Part shown: positions 56,901 through 64,000 of the stretch, one piece after another
How the letters are laid out: each line of letters opens with the position of its first letter
How positions within the stretch are numbered: position 1 is the stretch's first letter
Assembly: GCA_951406725.2 (NCBI GenBank)
Contig: OX597832.1
Span: 14,880,001-14,944,000, forward strand
DNA length: 64,000 bases
Source: Octopus vulgaris
Taxonomy: Eukaryota
Direction: 5' to 3'
The notes under the pieces: generated by a model
What the model saw: the letters and a program-made list of their open reading frames with translations, nothing else
Database searches by the model: none
What the model was told of the DNA's origin: nothing
Program-made: the position numbers and the translations under genes

Positions 56901-58119
56901 TCTACAAAGATTAAATATGTTTATCAGGAGTGTCATGTAGTAAAATAGAACATCAATTATGCATGTTTTGATTGATCCCTGAATCAAATCAATGATAGTA
57001 TTTATATTTTCGTTTCATGCCCTGCAATGCAATGAATGTAATATGAAACATTTAGATGTGTAACTTCACGAAAAAATATCTATAAGATTGTCACTTAAGA
57101 AGACCATATAGCTCTCCATTTGCCTTGTTCAGTTTGACTGAAAACTCAAACACCAGATATATTTTATCATTTTAAATAAAGATCGTATCAAGAATTACCA
57201 TTACAGACTTAGATGAAATGCCTTTGAGTACATTTTTCATGGATTAGTTACGTGAGATGAAAGGATACGCAGTTGTTATTTATGGCAGATGAAGCATCAA
57301 CGCAGAGGATACTAGTTTGGTTCATTCAATTTCATGTTTACGGTTTTCACATGAAAATGTACTTCTGCGTATTTAGTTTAAATACATCCATCATTAACGT
57401 AGCATGTATAACAACTACACGAATAAATAAAAGGCACCATTTATATAGAGACTCTGAACAATTGACTAGTATCTGATAAAAGAATTCAATATTTTTTGCT
57501 AATATCATTTCAAATATTCATGAATAAAGGTGTGCTGAAACGATATAGATACTGATAAAGATATTCGATCAAATCAATACATTTACATACTTAAAAAATA
57601 TGTGCATTTTTTCCGTCACGTTTAATTCATGTTTCCCTTTATCCAAACTTATTCATATTACATTTTTGTTATTGATTCATATACACCAATATGCGCAAAC
57701 ACACACACATACATGAAAAAGTTGAAAAGAAAACTATTGTGAAGTAAAGTAATGTAAAATATAAAGTTAAACGGAAAATGGAAAAACATGGAGATGGATC
57801 AGTAGAAAGGAATGAATAACTAGAAAACAAATCTATATATGCTATTGTAAATACGAAACAAGAATGTTGTTAATATACGAACGAAGAGAACTCAGTAAAT
57901 TTATAAAAAGAAGAAATAAACAAATAAAATTGAAGCATTTATCCAAAGAAATATTGTTTGTTATTTTTACTTTTAGCTGTTGATTCTAATCAGTGACTTT
58001 CTATATACTTTCCTTTAACGCAATTTCACTATTCCTCTCTTCACTTAACATATATAGGAATATCTGTGACGTAAAAAAAATTTTTTCTTGAACACGACTA
58101 CATACTACATATATAAATC

Positions 58120-58206
<87 letters not shown>

Positions 58207-58365
58207 TTGTGTTTCTTTTATGCATGTGTATATATGCGTGGGTGTTATATGTACACAGAAATAATAACAAAGACTAAGAAAGAGAGAGTATAATAGCGAG
58301 CGTAACGTTTGCATGTCTAGAAACCTATGGACAAGTTCTTATTACAGCGAGTAATAATAACCCAT

Positions 58366-58405
<40 letters not shown>

Positions 58406-58705
58406 TCTATTTGTATATATTTTATATTAACCTATATAAAACCTCCGCATCGATGAGCATTCTCAAACACAGTGATACTCACACAAACACGTTTGCACTG
58501 ATATTAACACACGCACAGCCACACACATGTGTATTGGCGTGTAAAAAATACGCTATTATTTTGATATCCAAGAATGCAGTGAAGTATGCAGAAAATGCTG
58601 TATGACTGAGAGTTTGAGAGGCAGACGGAAAGAGAGAGAGACGGGGGAGGGTCAGTGTTGTACGGATAGACAGAGAGACAGTCAGATAGATAGATAATAA
58701 GACAC

Positions 58706-58754
<49 letters not shown>

Positions 58755-59079
58755 GAAATAGATATTTCGATAGACAAATAGACAATAGATAGATAGCTGT
58801 GAATATGTAATTGAAGGTACAACATATAAATATATCCATGCGAATGAGGGTGATGGTGGGGAAAGCAGCATGACCAAAAATGTTGATGAACGAAAGAAGA
58901 ACTGAAAAATGTATCTCCTAGAGTTCTAGCAGGAGATATTCGTATATGTGTTTCACAAGTCAATAAATAAATAAATAAATAAATAAATAAATGAATAAAT
59001 AAAAATAAAATGGGAGCAGTATATATCAGAACTGATATTTGTTCTTTTTGATATCAAATATATTATCATTAGTATGTAA

Positions 59080-59280
<201 letters not shown>

Positions 59281-59684
59281 TATGTTTAGTTAGATTTCGT
59301 ATTCCTACTTTGTCTCGTATAACGCATAAGCATGTTTCCACAGCACCGAATTAAGCCAAAAAACCACAACAAAAATCTTTATACGATTCGTATTAAAAAT
59401 AACAACAGACAAAGAACTGTAAGGAAATATATTGATATATAGACAGAATCGCTGCAATAGCGCATAGTCACTGTAACTGTTCTTACGAGCGGCTCGTAAT
59501 ATATAGAAGCAATGTTTCCAATACTTATGATTAATTTGTTTTGTAAGCGTCTTAGACAAGTTTCAGCTGCAATGAATCCTTCCGTTTCACTATCAAGAAA
59601 TTCGCTGTACAGATTAAATAAACCTATTGATCATGATGATGCATCATTTATTGGTTACGTCTTCTTTGACAACTGATGATATAT

Positions 59685-60020
<336 letters not shown>

Positions 60021-60799
60021 ATGTATACATAGGTATATATGAAACAACCAAGTGGAAATGGAAATGATAAAAATATTGATAATGGCCCATTTATATGCTG
60101 CGACTCACTGAAGAAAAAAAATAAATAAGATGAAACCATTTTATCCAACCTTACAAGCGAAGATATATCTAAATGTATAAAAATAAATATTACAATATTT
60201 CATCTTGCAATAGTTTTGAGACGACATAAACCTTATTTCTAGCCAGTGATATTTTCCAATACTTTCCTACCTTTATATGTTTTCCTTTAAGTACCAACAT
60301 TTTATATATTATTTTTATTTTATTACGTACAAATAATTTTTTGTCACTTTCTCTTTTCATTTCATCCCTTAACTGTCGTCATCAATCACTGCCTAAATCT
60401 TATACAATTTGATTTTATTTATCTATGTTTTTTCCTCAAAATATCATAGTGTGCATATTTTCGCTTTCACAAAGAAATCTTTTTTTTTTTCTTCGTATTT
60501 GATACTTCTGCTCCAATACTGCGTCTGTATATGTCGCCACATATCTTTGCCGAAGACATTATTTTGATGCCAGTTTCATGTATCCAATATTTACACTTTC
60601 CCTGAGAGATTGTTAGAATGATAGTGTGTGATATTCTTCAGAGAATCTTGTTTAACTTCTTTTTGTTTTTTGCAAGATTGTACCGACACAGTTAAACCAA
60701 ATATCATCAGAGATTTCATCATCAATATTTTCATAACAAACAATGACTCGTATGGTTGTAACTACAAATACTACATGTTTATTCATTTCATGTATGAGT

Positions 60800-60870
<71 letters not shown>

Positions 60871-61024
60871 CGCCCATAAACAAATCTGTAAAATCTAACA
60901 GAATTACTAAATTTTGATGAAAAGCCCTTGCATTTAGTATAATTTGATCAGTATAATTTAGTATTATTTGATTAGTATAAGTTGATACGTTAGACGCAAA
61001 GTGATGAAACTAAAAGTTATGAAG

Positions 61025-61390
61025 GTTGATTTTGTAAACACATAGTGCCGAATAATGTCCAAATACTTGGTAACTTTGGCATGCAAATTATTCCATATCT
61101 GTTGCCGATCAAATTTTTCAGTGTCGATATCACACACGGAAGCAGAAAGACGTTTGTCATATATAGGTGTATGTTTGTGTGTGATTTACATTTGTCTGTG
61201 TTTGTGGTTATCACTGACGACGCTTGTTTACACGTTTTCATTTCTTTACTGTTTACATCCCCGTAACTTTGTGATTCGTAAAAAGAAGAAGGTGCAAGCA
61301 TTAAGAATTGTAGTAGGTTCAATATTTGTGAGCAAAGATCGAAAGGCGGTGAGATCATAGCTGTTATATAACTGAAAGAAATAAAAGAAA
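61025..61390 (+). mobile_element. SINE family C, highly diverged
   Basis: Tail gtttacatccccgtaactttgtgattcgtaaaaaga...aaggcggtg...actgaaagaaataaaaga matches the tails at 44150 and 46090; weak head upstream. Confidence 0.5.
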
Positions 61391-61479
61391 ATAAACGGAC
61401 AGTAATAAACGAAAACCACAAGCAAATATATCTATACGCTAATTTATTTATTTACTATATTAGCGTTGGTCGAAGTGGT

Positions 61480-61601
61480 GTACACTCGAATTTTACTGGT
61501 CCTTTCTCTCTCAGTTTCGACCTACATCTCTGTATTTACAGGAACATAAACAAACACGTACACACTCACATACATACACATAAACAGACACACATTTCAT
61601 A

Positions 61602-61667
<66 letters not shown>

Positions 61668-61706
61668 GCATATATATGTATACACAAAAATGTATATAAA
61701 CACACG

Positions 61707-61740
<34 letters not shown>

Positions 61741-62147
61741 GTATATCTATATATATAGGTATATATATATTTGTGTGTGGGTACGTGTGTGTGTTTTTGT
61801 ATATATATATAAGAGTGATAATATTAAACTTGACCGTAAACCAAATTTATAAAAATAAACGCACCCCCTAACATACACACATATATATATATGCACACAT
61901 ATATATACATGTATATATGTACATGTGACTATATATACATATCCATATGCATATATATATATGAGTCTGTATATATCCATTTGTGCGTATAAATATACAT
62001 GCATGTGTATATATACGAGAGTGGTGTGTGATTGTGTGTAAGCATACGTGTGTGTATGTGCGAGTGTGTGTGTTAGTGTATGTTCGTGTAAGTGCAGGGA
62101 TGTAGGTCGAAACTGAAAGAGAAATGAACAGTGAAATTTGAGTGTAC
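61480..62147. repeat. Long inverted repeat (~100-bp arms) around a microsatellite-filled interior
   Basis: gtacactcgaattttactggtcctttctctctcagtttcgacctacatctctgtatttacaggaacata vs reverse-complemented gtacactcaaatttcactgttcatttctctttcagtttcgacctacatccctgcacttacacgaacata. Confidence 0.85.
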
Positions 62148-62348
62148 CCAACACATATATGTGTGTGTATGTGTGTATCTACGAGCAATAATTGCGATAC
62201 CTTTTCCTTCTTTTACTCTTAACCTTTCCGATACTCCCTGTGACACTATCTTCCCTTTTATGTACCTCCCTCCCACTCTGTATTTCCATACACATAATTA
62301 TGCATGCATCATTTAATTCCAACACATTCCGTACGTTTCTGTTTGTGG

Positions 62349-62407
<59 letters not shown>

Positions 62408-64000
62408 AATGATACATGTATAATTACATGTATGAAAACACAAAGTGGTAGGGAGGGATATGAAAGAGAAGAGAAAGACAGAGGAAGTATCTATGAGATA
62501 TAGAGAGAAAGACGGTAAAAGCGTCGCAATGTGGTTCAAAGAATGGGAGCAAAAAGAAAATAAAAAACATATTTATTTCAAACGCTTTTCTAGCAAATAA
62601 ACGCGTATTACATTCAGTCATAATCAATAATTTTAGAATTTGGGACATAGACTTTAATGAAAGAAAGAATTTAAATTGAGTTAAAAGCAATAATTTTGAA
62701 GTCTCTGTGAACCTGACGCCAACATTTAAAAAAATTACTAAATGGTTCTATATGTAACTTTTCTGTAAGTTCTTTAAGACACAGTCGTCACCCTAGAACG
62801 CAGACATATGATGATATAAATTTAAGAGAACAATATCGTAATATGTCTCTCGCAATACAAATTTTTATTAGAATACTTGAGAGAAATGTGGATACTAATT
62901 CTGGACTGGAAAACCTGCTCACGTTCTCATATGGAATATATGTATGTATGATGTAGCGTGTCTATATGAGTGTGTATTTGTGTGTGTGCGTGTTGGTGTG
63001 TGCTCGCGTATGACTGTGTGGTTTTGAATACATACGTAACATATTTAAGTAAATTCAAACTCATACAGACGAAATTCTCTCTTTCTCTCTCTCTATCTCT
63101 CTATCTCGCTCTCTGCATATATATATATATATATATATCGCTGAAATGATTACTAATAAATCCAAAGCTATACACAACAACGGCGAAAACAATTGTTAAA
63201 AGTATGGACGTCCTAACTGTAAAACATGCCAGAATATAACTGGTATGCTTGGAATTCCAACTGACGAACTTATGTAGTGCATCGGATGATTAGCGAAAGC
63301 GAAACATCGGTCGACACCACAATACTGTTACAATTACAATCTTTTAAAACTTATGTAAACTGCGCTTATTTCTTCTTTCATTATATATATTCTTTTTGTA
63401 TTACTACTCACCATGTGAGGATAATCGAGATTGTCTACCTTCGTGTTTTCGTATATAGAAAAATAAATATATATGCATAAATGTGTAATCGTGTCTGTGC
63501 GAGTATGGGTTTACTCTAACTCCTCTCACACCGTGCAACCGATTTTAATAATTTTTGACACATAGGTAGATCACATGCCCTGAAATTCAAATACTTTCGG
63601 AAGTTTTCTTAAACTTGATAATGCTCAGTTGGCATCGACGTTATTGAGTTCAATCGGGTATTTGAATGCAAATTCCCATAACGATGTTAGTTTCCTGCAG
63701 CTGTTGCATTCTTTTCCAATTTTGATGTAAATCGTTGAGTGAGCGAGGCTGGTGACAGTGAGTTGATGTCATTATATGGTGTTGACAAAAGTCGATAATT
63801 GCCCTTGAGCAGTGGATTTATAATATCAATAGGCTTTTTGCGTGCAAATATCCATAGATATTTTATAACATATACTTTCATGCAAATGGTCATATACATT
63901 TAATTTTATGACATAGCGTTAACACTTTTCTTCAGAATTTTCTGCGATTTAACACGCTGATCAATTTTGTACAGAGGTTGGCATTAAAGGAAGGAAATAA

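Overview
This is AT-rich eukaryotic DNA, very rich in microsatellites. I could not support any host protein-coding gene, RNA gene or CRISPR array. The dense (TA)n/(CA)n/(ATAG)n/(TAA)n tracts and the tRNA-headed SINE families point to an octopus-like cephalopod intron or intergenic region; this is inferred from remembered sequences, not from a search. Most ORFs in the track are repeat artefacts. Hand translation recovers decayed transposons: RTE, CR1-type and CRE-like LINE pieces, a Penelope-like element (RT + GIY-YIG) with a nested SINE, a Ty3/Gypsy pol remnant with PPT and 3' LTR, a full-length DD37D (maT) Tc1/mariner relic, a Chapaev3-like piece and a possible hAT piece. About 20 SINE copies from four families are also present. 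The most notable structures are a 502-bp near-perfect foldback element with GG termini and an exact 8-bp TSD (Merlin-like MITE), a cluster of other inverted repeats at 52-62 kb, three SINEs sharing one head but carrying three different tails, and several degenerate hammerhead-like motifs. I found no convincing novel gene system; the interest lies in mobile-element architecture.
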